NCBI GenBank assembly: GCA_036006525.1
Contig: DASYPP010000109.1
Location: 29,518 to 93,517 of the forward strand
Direction: 5' to 3'
DNA: 64,000 nt
Source of the DNA: Gemmatimonadales bacterium
GTDB lineage: Bacteria > Gemmatimonadota > Gemmatimonadetes > Gemmatimonadales > GWC2-71-9
The notes under the pieces were generated by a model, which was not told the origin of the DNA, did not search any database, and saw only the letters and a program-made list of their open reading frames with translations. The translations under genes were made by a program, and so were the position numbers. Shown in pieces: positions 1 through 8,482 of the stretch; the first letter of the stretch is position 1, and the number at the start of each line of letters is the position of its first letter.

Positions 1-594
1 GGAAATGGCGCGGGCCGCGCCCGCGATCTGGGTGAGCGGCTGGGCGATGGAGCGCCCGGCGACAAAGGCGAGGGCGGAACCGAGCAGGATCGCCAGGATC
101 GCCGCGGCCAGGACCGCGCGCTGGGCGCGGTGCACCGGCAGGTTCACCTGGTCGAGATCGGCCGCCACCCGGACGACTCCGGGACCGCCGGGAACCGCGA
201 CGTACAGTAGCTGGTGGCCCACCGTGGCGCTGCTTCGCTCGGAACGCCCGGTCTTTCCGGTGAGAGCCGCCCGGACCTCGGGCCGTCCCGCATGATTCTC
301 CAGGCTGGGAAGCTGCTCCGCCGGAACGTCGCTGTCGGCCCGGACCCGCCCGGACCGGTCGATCACCGTGATGCGATGGCCGTTCTGCCGGGTGAGCTCA
401 TGGACCGCCAGGTTCCACAGCAGGCTGTCCGCCGGGAGCGCCTCCCGGATCAACAGCGCTTCGCGCTCCAGCGCCGCGGCGAAATCATCCTCGAGGTCGT
501 GGCGCAGCGACACCTCGGAAACGATGACCAGCACGCTGATGGTGACGAGCAGGATCGCCACCGTGCCGGCCACCATCCGTCCCGCAAATCTCAT
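1..594 (-). CDS. Sensor histidine kinase, N-terminal 198 aa only (runs off the window start); PhoR-like partner of the adjacent response regulator
   Basis: My own translation of the minus strand from the ATG at 594 gives MRFAGRMVAGTVAILLVTISVLVIV (TM1), ENHAGRPEVRAALTGKTGRS, RAVLAAAILAILLGSALAFV (TM2), then AGRSIAQPLTQIAGAARAIS (HAMP-like start). There is no stop down to base 1. ATGA start/stop overlap with the upstream regulator (591-594). It is absent from the ORF track because it is truncated. Confidence 0.7.
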   Translation of the reverse strand, partial: MRFAGRMVAGTVAILLVTISVLVIVSEVSLRHDLEDDFAAALEREALLIREALPADSLLWNLAVHELTRQNGHRITVIDRSGRVRADSDVPAEQLPSLENHAGRPEVRAALTGKTGRSERSSATVGHQLLYVAVPGGPGVVRVAADLDQVNLPVHRAQRAVLAAAILAILLGSALAFVAGRSIAQPLTQIAGAARAIS

Positions 595-1298
595 CGCGCC
601 GGAGTCCCCCGCTCCCCGCCCCGGAAGCGATAGCCGAATCCCCGCACCGTTTCGATCATCGATCCGGCGTCGCCCAGCTTGGCCCGGAGTCGCTGGACGT
701 GCATGTCCACTGTCCGGGTCTGGATGTCGGGCTGGGCCTCCCAGACCGTTTCCAGCAACTGGGGCCGGGACTGGACCCGTCCCCGGCGTTCCAGCAGGGT
801 CAGCAGCAGCTTGTACTCGGTCGCCGTGAGCTCCAGCTCCTGGCCGTGGACGGTGGCCCGGTGCGACGAGCGATCGATGATGATGGGGCCCGCGGTGATG
901 GTGGAGCCGGAGGCCACCGCCGGCGCGCCGAGCCGGCGGAGCAGGGCATTGACCCGGAGCGCCAGCTCCGGGGGAGAGAACGGCTTCACGAGATAGTCGT
1001 CGGCGCCCAGGGAAAGGCCCCGGATCCGGTCGGCCTCGTCGCGCCGGGCGGTCAGCAGGATCACGCCGACGTCCCTGGTTTCCTCCCGCCGCCGCATTTC
1101 GGCCAGGACGTCATAGCCCGACACGCCCGGCAGCATCACGTCGAGGATGACGACATCGGGGCGTTCCTCCCGCGCCGCCTTCAGGGCGTCGGGCCCATTG
1201 GCCGCGGTGGACACCCGGTAGCCCGCCTTGGCGAGGTGGTAGGCCACCAGCGCCGTGATATCCGGTTCATCATCGACCACGAGAATGCGGTGGGTCAT
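591..1298 (-). CDS. OmpR/PhoB-family response regulator
   Basis: 235 aa. Receiver motifs ILVVDDEPD, VVILDVMLPG, LVKPF. Winged-helix C-terminus TVDMHVQRLRAKL...VRGFGYRF. Confidence 0.9.
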   Translation of the reverse strand: MTHRILVVDDEPDITALVAYHLAKAGYRVSTAANGPDALKAAREERPDVVILDVMLPGVSGYDVLAEMRRREETRDVGVILLTARRDEADRIRGLSLGADDYLVKPFSPPELALRVNALLRRLGAPAVASGSTITAGPIIIDRSSHRATVHGQELELTATEYKLLLTLLERRGRVQSRPQLLETVWEAQPDIQTRTVDMHVQRLRAKLGDAGSMIETVRGFGYRFRGGERGTPAR

Positions 1299-1673
1299 TT
1301 ACTCCTCAGCATCACTGGAGGCGTCGACTCTGAGTCGGGTATGTGAACGGCTGCGATCCGAGGCCCGGTGCCGCTCGCCCCGCATGACTTCATCATGCGC
1401 GAGCGCATCGAGCACGGCGGTGAGCAAGCGGCCCCTGGGATCGGCGCCGCGGCGCAGCCGGTAAAGCACGAACTGGGAAATCGGCGTGTCCCGCACCACG
1501 TTGGCGCTGCGCAGCACCTTGAGATGGCGGGAGACGGTCGGCTGCGGCAGGTCCAGCACGTTCTGCAGGTCGGATACGAACAGGGGCGCCGCCGCCAGGC
1601 AGTTCAGAATCCGGAGCCGGGTGGGCTCCGCGATGGTGAGCAGCAGGTCGGTGTTGCTGAGCCCGGTGGACAT
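1299..1673 (-). CDS. ArsR/SmtB-family transcriptional regulator
   Basis: 124 aa. HTH region EPTRLRILNCL...VSDLQNVLDLPQPTVSRHLKVLRSANVV. The TAA stop (1299-1301) directly abuts the regulator ATG at 1298, which suggests a tricistronic operon. Confidence 0.8.
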   Translation of the reverse strand: MSTGLSNTDLLLTIAEPTRLRILNCLAAAPLFVSDLQNVLDLPQPTVSRHLKVLRSANVVRDTPISQFVLYRLRRGADPRGRLLTAVLDALAHDEVMRGERHRASDRSRSHTRLRVDASSDAEE

Positions 1674-1722
1674 ATGCGGCTAAACGAATAGACTAGCAGC
1701 CCGATGGACGCAAGTCCAAACA

Positions 1723-1822
1723 GGTGGGTCGGTGGGTACGTGGGTCGGTGGGTATGTGGGTAGGTGGGGCAGACAATGGGATGAACCAGGTTGCCCACTT
1801 ACCCACTTGCCCACTTACCCAC
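1723..1822. repeat. Inverted pair of tandem 8-mer arrays: GGTGGGTM-type x6 (1723-1769), 23-nt spacer, RCCCACTT x3.75 (1793-1822)
   Basis: Read directly: ggtgggtc ggtgggta cgtgggtc ggtgggta tgtgggta ggtgggg ... gcccactt acccactt gcccactt acccac. Each unit pairs over its GTGGGT/ACCCAC core (6 of 8 positions). It sits in the divergent promoter region. Confidence 0.9.
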
Positions 1823-1835
1823 GTTACTTTTCAGC

Positions 1836-4800
1836 ATGCTCCTCGCCCTCCTGCTGGCTCTTGGCACGCAGGCTCCCGACACAACCCACCTGGTCATCGT
1901 GTCCACGACCGACGTGCACGGGCACGCCACGGAGTGGAACTACCTGACTGACGCGCCGTACCCCGGCGGACTGGCCCGCGCCGCCACGGTGGTGGACTCA
2001 CTGCGCCGCCAGTATCCGGGACAGGTGATCCTGGTGGACGCGGGGGACATTATTGAAGGCGAGCCGTTCGCGGCCTACTTCGCCCGCGAGGCCCCCCGGG
2101 ATCCCCACCCGATTTTCGATGTCATGGCCGCCATGGGTTACGACGCGGCAACGCCTGGCAACCACGACTTCAACTACGGAGTTCCCTTCCTGTTCCGGTC
2201 GCTGCGCTCGGCCGGGTTTCCCTATGTCAGCGGAAACATCTACACCCTCCCGGTCGATACCCTCGCCTTGCCCGGGTTCGTCGTGGTGCAGCGCGGCGGC
2301 GTGCGGGTCGGGATCACCGGCTTTACCACGCCGGGCGTGATGCTCTGGGACCGGGATAACGTGGCGCAGAAGAGCCGAGTTGCCCGGATTGCCACGGCGG
2401 CGCCGGCGATCCTGCGCCGGCTCGCCGCCGCCTCCGACTTCAGCATTGTCCTGGCCCACTCCGGGCTGGACGGGGCCAGCTCCTACGATACCGCCGGGGT
2501 CGGGCCGGAGAATGTGGCGGCCGGCTTCGCGGCCTTCGAAAACAAGCCCAACCTGGTCATCGTCGGGCATACCCATCGCGAGTTCGCCGACTCGGTGATT
2601 AACGGCGTGCACTTCGTACAGCCGAAGCCGGGCGCCCAGAGCGTCTCGGTCGTCCACGTGACGCTGGAACGAAACGGCGAGGGCTGGCGGGTGCGGCGGA
2701 TCCGGGGAGAACTGATCCAGCTGGCGCGAGTCACTCCATCGGTGGCGATCACCCGCCGGCTGGCGACCGCCCACGAAGCCGTGCGCCGCTGGGCGACGGC
2801 GCCGCTCGCCAGCGCCAGCCAGGCGATGCCGGCGTTGACCGCCCGGGTCGAGCCTACGGCGATCATCAACTACCTCAACGAACTGCAGCGGCGCAAAGCG
2901 GGCACCGATCTCTCGGCCACCGCCGTCTTCGATCCGAATGCCGGGTTGCCCGCCGGTGACTTTACCCTGGCGCGGGTGACGGCGCTCTATCCCTATGAGA
3001 ACACGCTGGTAGGCATCCGCATCACCGGGGTCCAGCTCAAGGCATTCCTGGAACAGAGCGCTCGCTACTTCAACCTGGATGGCGCCGGGAAGGTATCGTT
3101 GAACGACAGCATCGCCGGATACAATTACGACGTGGTGGGCGGGGCCGAGTATGCCATCGATCTCCGGCTCCCGGTCGGAGACCGGATCCGGGGACTGTCG
3201 GTGCGTGGCCGGCCGGTCGAGCCGGGGGATCAATTCACCATTGCGCTCAACAGCTACCGGGCTGCCGGCGGAGGCGGATACGCCATGCTCGCCGGGTCGC
3301 CGGTGGTGTACAATCGCGGCGAAAACATCCGCGAGCTCATCGTGACCGACCTAAGGGCGCGCAGCATGCTTCGGGCGGAGGATTTCGCCACCCAGAACTG
3401 GCGGATCCTGCCGGATGAAGCTGCCCGGGCCGCGCGACGCCTCTTCACGCCGACGCCGGAACCGCCCCGTGCGATGCCGCCGCGGGACACCATCCTGCTC
3501 CGGATTTTCGCGATCACCGATCTGCACGGGGCGCTCGAAGCGAAGGTCCAGAGCTGGTCCGGGGACCGGCCGGTCGGCGGCATGCCGGCGCTCAAGCGTT
3601 TGATGGATAGCCTCACCACCCAGTGCGGGTGTGCCGATCTCCGGCTCGACAGCGGTGACGAAATGCAGGGGACCCTCGCCTCCAACCTGGAATACGGCCG
3701 CTCCACGGTCAGCGCGATGAACCGGCTGGGGATCGACGCGGCCGCGGTGGGCAACCATGACTTCGACTGGTCGGTGGATACCCTGCTCCGGCGCATGGCC
3801 GATGCCCGGTATCCCTGGCTGGTGGCGAACCTGGTGGACTCCGCCACCGGGGCCCGCCCCGATTGGGCGGTGCCCTACAAGGTGCTGCAGGCGGGGCGCC
3901 TTCGGGTCGGCGTTATCGGCTACATCACACCGGAGACCAAGGAGATCGTTCGCGGCGACCTTCTCGCCGGGCTCCGGTTCGAAGGCCCGGCCAGCCTGGT
4001 CCAGCCGCTGCAGGCGCTCCGGGCGGAGCATCCCGACCTGGTCATTCTCCTGGCCCACGAAGGCGCCAGCTGCGAGCAGGGGGCGGATGGCGGATGCAGT
4101 GGGCCGATCCTGGATCTGGCCCGGAACCTGGACAGCACGTCGGTGGACCTGATTCTGGCGGGTCACTCGCACCGGCTGGCCAACACCCGGGTCAACGGGA
4201 TCCCGATCCTCGAGGCGGCCAGCAGTGGCACCGCGGTCGCCCTGGTGGACGTGGTGAAGACGCTGGTGGGCTCGCGCGAGTTCAGGACTCGAATGATCAC
4301 GCCCTACGCGGACAGCATCGGGGCGGATACCGGCATGGCCAGACTGATCGCTCAGTCCAGGCGGGGCACCGACTCGCTGGCCAACCGGGTTATCGCCAGC
4401 CTGAAGGTTCCCATGAACCGGCAGGGCGACCAGTATCCGCTGGGCAATCTCTTCGCCGACGCTGAACGGAACGCGCTCCGGAGCGATTTCGCGCTCATGA
4501 ACAACGGCGGCATCCGGGCCGGGTTGCCGGCTGGTCCGGTCAATTATTCCCAGGTCTTCGAAGTAGCCCCGCTCGACAACAACCTGGTCCGGATCCGGAT
4601 TACGGGGAGCCAGATGAAAGCCGTGCTGGAGCATGTCCTCGAAGGCGGGACTCCATCCGCCCACGTCGCCGGACTTCGGGTCACCTATGATGCGAGCCGT
4701 CCTGTCGGTCGCCGAGTCCGCGAAGCCCTGCTGCTGAACGGTAAGCGGATGGAAGACCGCGCCACTTACACCCTCGCCATCAACGATTTCCTGGCCGGCG

Positions 4801-4943
4801 GCAAGAGCGGGTACACCACGCTTCCGGCGCTTCCCCAGGAAGCCTCGGGGATCGCCGCCCTCGATGCGTTGATCACCTACCTTCGGCGGTTGCCGCAGCC
4901 GGTCGCCCCGCCTGAAGATGTCCGTTTCGTCTCCGGACACTGA
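1836..4943 (+). CDS. Secreted bifunctional 5'-nucleotidase / 2',3'-cyclic phosphodiesterase-type protein with two complete tandem modules
   Basis: Module 1 motifs: STTDVHGH, DAGDIIEG, GNHDFNYG, GHTHREF. Module 2 (from about nt 3490): AITDLHGA, DSGDEMQG, GNHDFDW, GHSHRL. Each is followed by a 5'-nucleotidase C-terminal-like region. I prefer the ATG at 1836 (MLLALLLALGTQA signal-like). The track start at 1791 (TTG) lies inside a repeat arm. Confidence 0.8.
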   Translation: MLLALLLALGTQAPDTTHLVIVSTTDVHGHATEWNYLTDAPYPGGLARAATVVDSLRRQYPGQVILVDAGDIIEGEPFAAYFAREAPRDPHPIFDVMAAMGYDAATPGNHDFNYGVPFLFRSLRSAGFPYVSGNIYTLPVDTLALPGFVVVQRGGVRVGITGFTTPGVMLWDRDNVAQKSRVARIATAAPAILRRLAAASDFSIVLAHSGLDGASSYDTAGVGPENVAAGFAAFENKPNLVIVGHTHREFADSVINGVHFVQPKPGAQSVSVVHVTLERNGEGWRVRRIRGELIQLARVTPSVAITRRLATAHEAVRRWATAPLASASQAMPALTARVEPTAIINYLNELQRRKAGTDLSATAVFDPNAGLPAGDFTLARVTALYPYENTLVGIRITGVQLKAFLEQSARYFNLDGAGKVSLNDSIAGYNYDVVGGAEYAIDLRLPVGDRIRGLSVRGRPVEPGDQFTIALNSYRAAGGGGYAMLAGSPVVYNRGENIRELIVTDLRARSMLRAEDFATQNWRILPDEAARAARRLFTPTPEPPRAMPPRDTILLRIFAITDLHGALEAKVQSWSGDRPVGGMPALKRLMDSLTTQCGCADLRLDSGDEMQGTLASNLEYGRSTVSAMNRLGIDAAAVGNHDFDWSVDTLLRRMADARYPWLVANLVDSATGARPDWAVPYKVLQAGRLRVGVIGYITPETKEIVRGDLLAGLRFEGPASLVQPLQALRAEHPDLVILLAHEGASCEQGADGGCSGPILDLARNLDSTSVDLILAGHSHRLANTRVNGIPILEAASSGTAVALVDVVKTLVGSREFRTRMITPYADSIGADTGMARLIAQSRRGTDSLANRVIASLKVPMNRQGDQYPLGNLFADAERNALRSDFALMNNGGIRAGLPAGPVNYSQVFEVAPLDNNLVRIRITGSQMKAVLEHVLEGGTPSAHVAGLRVTYDASRPVGRRVREALLLNGKRMEDRATYTLAINDFLAGGKSGYTTLPALPQEASGIAALDALITYLRRLPQPVAPPEDVRFVSGH

Positions 4944-4963
4944 CCCGGAACTCCGTTCGATCC

Positions 4964-5197
4964 ATGCGGATCTTTATCAACGACCGGCCCTTCGATGCGA
5001 GTGACGGCGCCGATGTCGGGGGCGCCGTGATCGCCGGAAACCCCGACCTGGCGCCCCGGCTGGCCGATGGCAGCGCTTACGTCACCGACGGCCGGGGCAT
5101 TCGCGTGGCGCTGGACAGCCCGCTTGCCGCGGGTTCCATCCTGCGCGTGGTCCTCAGTGCCCGCCGACAGGACCCGGTCGCCGATGTTGACCCGTGA
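4964..5197 (+). CDS. Hypothetical 77-aa protein inside the nucleoside operon
   Basis: MRIFINDRPFDASDG... Strong G/C at third codon positions when read by eye. Overlaps the add start by 14 nt. No recognisable motif. Confidence 0.5.
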   Translation: MRIFINDRPFDASDGADVGGAVIAGNPDLAPRLADGSAYVTDGRGIRVALDSPLAAGSILRVVLSARRQDPVADVDP

Positions 5198-6206
5198 ACT
5201 GATCGGCCGGCTCCCCAAGGCGGAGCTGCACAATCATCTCGATGGCTCGCTCCGCCCTGCCACCCTGATCGAGCTGGCCCGGGAAGCGAACGTCCGGTTG
5301 CCCAGCCAGGATCCCGAGGGCATCCGGGATTTCATGCTGGTGAGCGACGCGCGCCACCTGGAGGATTATCTCGCCCGCTTCGACATCACCGTCGCCGTGC
5401 TGCAAACGGCCGAAGCACTGGAACGGGTGGCGTACGAGATGGTAGAGGACGCGGCGCAGGACAACGTGCGCTACCTCGAGGTCCGCTACTGCCCCCACCT
5501 CTCCATTCACCGGGGACTCACCCTGGAGCAGATCCTGGATGCCGAACTCCGGGGGTTTGCCCGGGGCGAGCGAGAGTTCGGAGTGAAGACCGGCGTCATC
5601 AACTGTTCGCTCCGGCACTTTGAACCGGCCCTTTCAGAGTCGATCGCGCGGGTGTCGGTGGATTTCCGGGACGCCGGGGTCGTCGCCTTTGACCTGGCGG
5701 GCGGTGAGGCGGGCCGCCCGCCCGGGGCGCACGGCACTGCATTCGATATCGCCGCCCAGGGACAGCTGGGGATCACCGTCCACGCGGGCGAAGCGGCCGG
5801 GTCGGAGTCGATCGCCCAGGCGATTTACCGCTGCCATGCCAACCGGATCGGCCATGGAACCCGGCTCTTCGAAGATCCCCACCTCCAGGCCTATGTCCGC
5901 GACCGGCAGATTCCGATCGAGATCAACCTGAGCAGCAACCTGCAGACCCGGGTGGTCGACGACCTGTCACGGCATCCGGTGCGGCGGTACTTCGACGCGG
6001 GACTCAACGTGACGCTGGCGACCGACAGCTGGCTGATGAGCGGCACCAGCCTTTCCCGGGAATACTGGCTGGCCCACCACGAGCTGGGATTCACCCGCGG
6101 GGAAATCGAGCAGATGATCCTGAATGGTTTTGAGGCAGCATTCCTCCCGCTGCCCGAGAAGCGGCAGCTGGTGGCCCGGGTCAGGCAGGAGATGGCCGCG
6201 CTGTGA
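5184..6206 (+). CDS. add: Adenosine deaminase
   Basis: MLTRELIGRLPKAELHNHLDGSLRP..., HAGE, TLATDS. I moved the start to the in-frame ATG at 5184; the track ORF begins at 5067. Confidence 0.85.
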   Translation: MLTRELIGRLPKAELHNHLDGSLRPATLIELAREANVRLPSQDPEGIRDFMLVSDARHLEDYLARFDITVAVLQTAEALERVAYEMVEDAAQDNVRYLEVRYCPHLSIHRGLTLEQILDAELRGFARGEREFGVKTGVINCSLRHFEPALSESIARVSVDFRDAGVVAFDLAGGEAGRPPGAHGTAFDIAAQGQLGITVHAGEAAGSESIAQAIYRCHANRIGHGTRLFEDPHLQAYVRDRQIPIEINLSSNLQTRVVDDLSRHPVRRYFDAGLNVTLATDSWLMSGTSLSREYWLAHHELGFTRGEIEQMILNGFEAAFLPLPEKRQLVARVRQEMAAL

Positions 6207-7645
6207 GCCGGTTTCGCCGCTGGGCTGAGAGCCTGGGTCGCTCCGGCATGGCGGCGCTCGTGGTGATCCTGACCGTTGTCGCGATCTGGGTCCTGCCCGG
6301 CCGGATCTCGCAGTTGGTGGGCCAGGTCGCGCCCCGCCCGTCCCCGGACTCGGCGTCGACCCAAACGCCGGTCCTGGCGCCGCCTCGGGACAGCAGCACG
6401 GCGGCAGCGGTGGTTCACCACTCGCCGCTCAGCCGATTCACCGGGCTCATCGGAATCTCTCTCATCCTCGCCCTGGGCATTGCCCTCTCCCACAACCGGC
6501 GGGCCATCCGCTGGCGAGTCGTGGGGTGGGGACTCGGCCTGCAGCTCGCCTTCGCCATCTTTGTATTACGGGTCCCCATCGGGCAGAGCCTCTTTCGCTT
6601 GCTGGGCCAGGTGGTTACCGGCATCCTGGGTTTCTCCTTCGCCGGATCCAGTTTCGTCTTTGGCGAGCTGGGGCGGCAACACTCCAGCTTCGGCGTGGTC
6701 CTCGCGTTTCAGATCCTGCCGGCGATCATTTTCGTGTCCGCGCTGTTTGCCATTCTGTACGACCTCGGCGTCATGCAGGTGATCGTCCAGGCGTTTGCCC
6801 TGGTCATGAGCAAGGTCATGGGGGCCAGTGGCGCGGAGAGTCTCGATGTGGCCGCCTCGATCTTCATGGGACAGACCGAGGCGCCGCTCACCATCCGGCC
6901 GTTTCTTCCCCGGCTCACCCGGTCGGAGCTGATGACCGTCATGACCTCCGGGATGGCCCACATCTCCGGCTCGATCATGGCGGCGTATATCGCGTTCGGG
7001 GTGGAGGCGCGCCACCTGCTGACCGCGGTCATCATGACCGCCCCGGGGACCATCATGATGTCCAAGCTCATGGAACCGGAGACCGAACAACCGGAGACAA
7101 ACGGCACCGTGAAGCTGGACATTCCGGTGACCGATGTAAACGTGCTGGACGCGGCCGCCCGGGGCACCAGCGAGGGGCTTCAGCTGATGCTGAACGTGAT
7201 CGCCATGCTGATTGCCTTCATTGCTCTGGTCGCACTGTTGAACGGTCTCTTCGGGGTGATTCACGGACAGCTGCCCGGATTTCCCCAGAGCCTGCAGGTG
7301 GTGCTGGGATGGGTCCTCCGACCGGTCGCCTGGGTGATGGGGGTGCCATGGCAGGACAGCGGCACTATCGGTAGCCTGCTCGGCACCCGGACCGTGCTGA
7401 ACGAGTTCATCGCGTACTCGCAGCTGGGACCGCTCAAGCCGGTGCTGGATCCGCGGTCGTTCACCATCGCGTCATTCGCGCTCGCCGGGTTCGCCAACTT
7501 CGGATCGGTGGGAATTCAAATCGGCGGTATCGGAGCGCTGGCTCCCAACCGGAAGGGCGACCTGGCGCGGCTCGGCCTCCGCGCCATGCTGGCGGGCACG
7601 CTGGCCAATTTCCTGTCGGCCTGTATCGCCGGGATTCTGTTGTGA
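6203..7645 (+). CDS. nupC: Concentrative nucleoside transporter (NupC/CNT family)
   Basis: 480 aa polytopic protein. SHNRRAIRWRVVGWGLGLQLAFAIFVLR and the C-terminal CNT region GFANFGSVGIQIGG. GTGA overlap with the add stop. The roughly 75-aa N-terminal extension makes the start uncertain. Confidence 0.8.
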   Translation: MSRFRRWAESLGRSGMAALVVILTVVAIWVLPGRISQLVGQVAPRPSPDSASTQTPVLAPPRDSSTAAAVVHHSPLSRFTGLIGISLILALGIALSHNRRAIRWRVVGWGLGLQLAFAIFVLRVPIGQSLFRLLGQVVTGILGFSFAGSSFVFGELGRQHSSFGVVLAFQILPAIIFVSALFAILYDLGVMQVIVQAFALVMSKVMGASGAESLDVAASIFMGQTEAPLTIRPFLPRLTRSELMTVMTSGMAHISGSIMAAYIAFGVEARHLLTAVIMTAPGTIMMSKLMEPETEQPETNGTVKLDIPVTDVNVLDAAARGTSEGLQLMLNVIAMLIAFIALVALLNGLFGVIHGQLPGFPQSLQVVLGWVLRPVAWVMGVPWQDSGTIGSLLGTRTVLNEFIAYSQLGPLKPVLDPRSFTIASFALAGFANFGSVGIQIGGIGALAPNRKGDLARLGLRAMLAGTLANFLSACIAGILL

Positions 7646-8472
7646 GCGAGGCACAGCGGCTGGATCGATCCCGAGCGGTGATTCGCCAACGGCTGGGAGA
7701 TCGGCGGCCGGTTGCCGCGGTGGTACTGGGTTCCGGTCTCGGGGTTCTGAGCAGCAAGGTCGCCAATGCGGTCCATATTCCATACCAGGAGATTCCTGGC
7801 TTCCCGGTCCCGTCGGTTGAGGGACATTCCGGTGAGCTGGTGGCCGGAACTCTTGCCGGCCGTGAAGTCCTGGTGCAAAGCGGCCGGTTCCACGTGTACG
7901 AGGGCCATTCGGCGGCGACGGCAGCGCTCCCGGTCCGGGTATTTGCCGCCCTGGGGATCGACACCCTCCTGCTGACCAATGCCGCGGGCGGCATCCGGCG
8001 TACCTTTGCACCCGGCACCCTGATGCTGATTGCGGACCAGGTGAACCTGAGCGGTCGCCACCCGCTCGCCGGCCCGGTACTCCCCGGCGAGGATCGGTTT
8101 CCCGACATGTCGGAGCCGTACGACGCCGAACTTTGCGCCAAGGCTCGACGAGTCGCGAAGGAGAAGGGAATTCGGCTCGCGGAAGGTGTCTACGCCGGGT
8201 TGCTGGGGCCGAGTTACGAGACGCCGGCGGAAATCCGGATGCTGGAGCGCCTGGGGGCGGATGCGGTAGGGATGTCCACCGTGCCCGAGGTGATCGTGGC
8301 GCGGGCGAGGGGCATGCGCTGTCTCGGTATCTCGACCATCACCAATGCGGCAGCGGGCATCAGCCTGACCAGGCTTTCCCATGCCGAAGTGATGAAAGCA
8401 GCGGAACTCGTGAAGAATGATCTTGCGGCGATTCTGGAAGGAGTCATTGAAGGACTGGGGACTAAGGACTAG
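7642..8472 (+). CDS. punA: Purine nucleoside phosphorylase (PNP/MTAP family, inosine/guanosine type)
   Basis: VVLGSGLG...IPGFPVPSVEGHSGELV...GRFHVYEGH...GMSTVPE...ISTITN. GTGA overlap with the nupC stop. The TAG stop lies inside the GGACTRR array. Confidence 0.85.
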   Translation: MSEAQRLDRSRAVIRQRLGDRRPVAAVVLGSGLGVLSSKVANAVHIPYQEIPGFPVPSVEGHSGELVAGTLAGREVLVQSGRFHVYEGHSAATAALPVRVFAALGIDTLLLTNAAGGIRRTFAPGTLMLIADQVNLSGRHPLAGPVLPGEDRFPDMSEPYDAELCAKARRVAKEKGIRLAEGVYAGLLGPSYETPAEIRMLERLGADAVGMSTVPEVIVARARGMRCLGISTITNAAAGISLTRLSHAEVMKAAELVKNDLAAILEGVIEGLGTKD

Positions 8473-8482
8473 GGACTAAGGA
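8452..8482. repeat. Single-arm tandem heptamer array, GGACTRR x4.4
   Basis: ggactgg ggactaa ggactag ggactaa gga. It contains the stop codons of both convergent genes: punA TAG at 8470-8472, and thiD TAG on the minus strand at 8476-8478. Confidence 0.9.

Noticed and set aside
1604-1951. Small ORFs with PTYPxTH-type repeats, and the TTG start at 1791 for the nucleotidase
   Set aside because: They arise from translating the 8-mer arrays in the divergent promoter region. The ATG at 1836, followed by a hydrophobic signal-like segment, is more plausible, although the start remains uncertain.
1998-4940. Minus-strand ORFs of 411 and 529 aa, plus several alternative-frame plus-strand ORFs
   Set aside because: All lie within the nucleotidase gene, whose two motif sets validate the frame that starts at 1791/1836.
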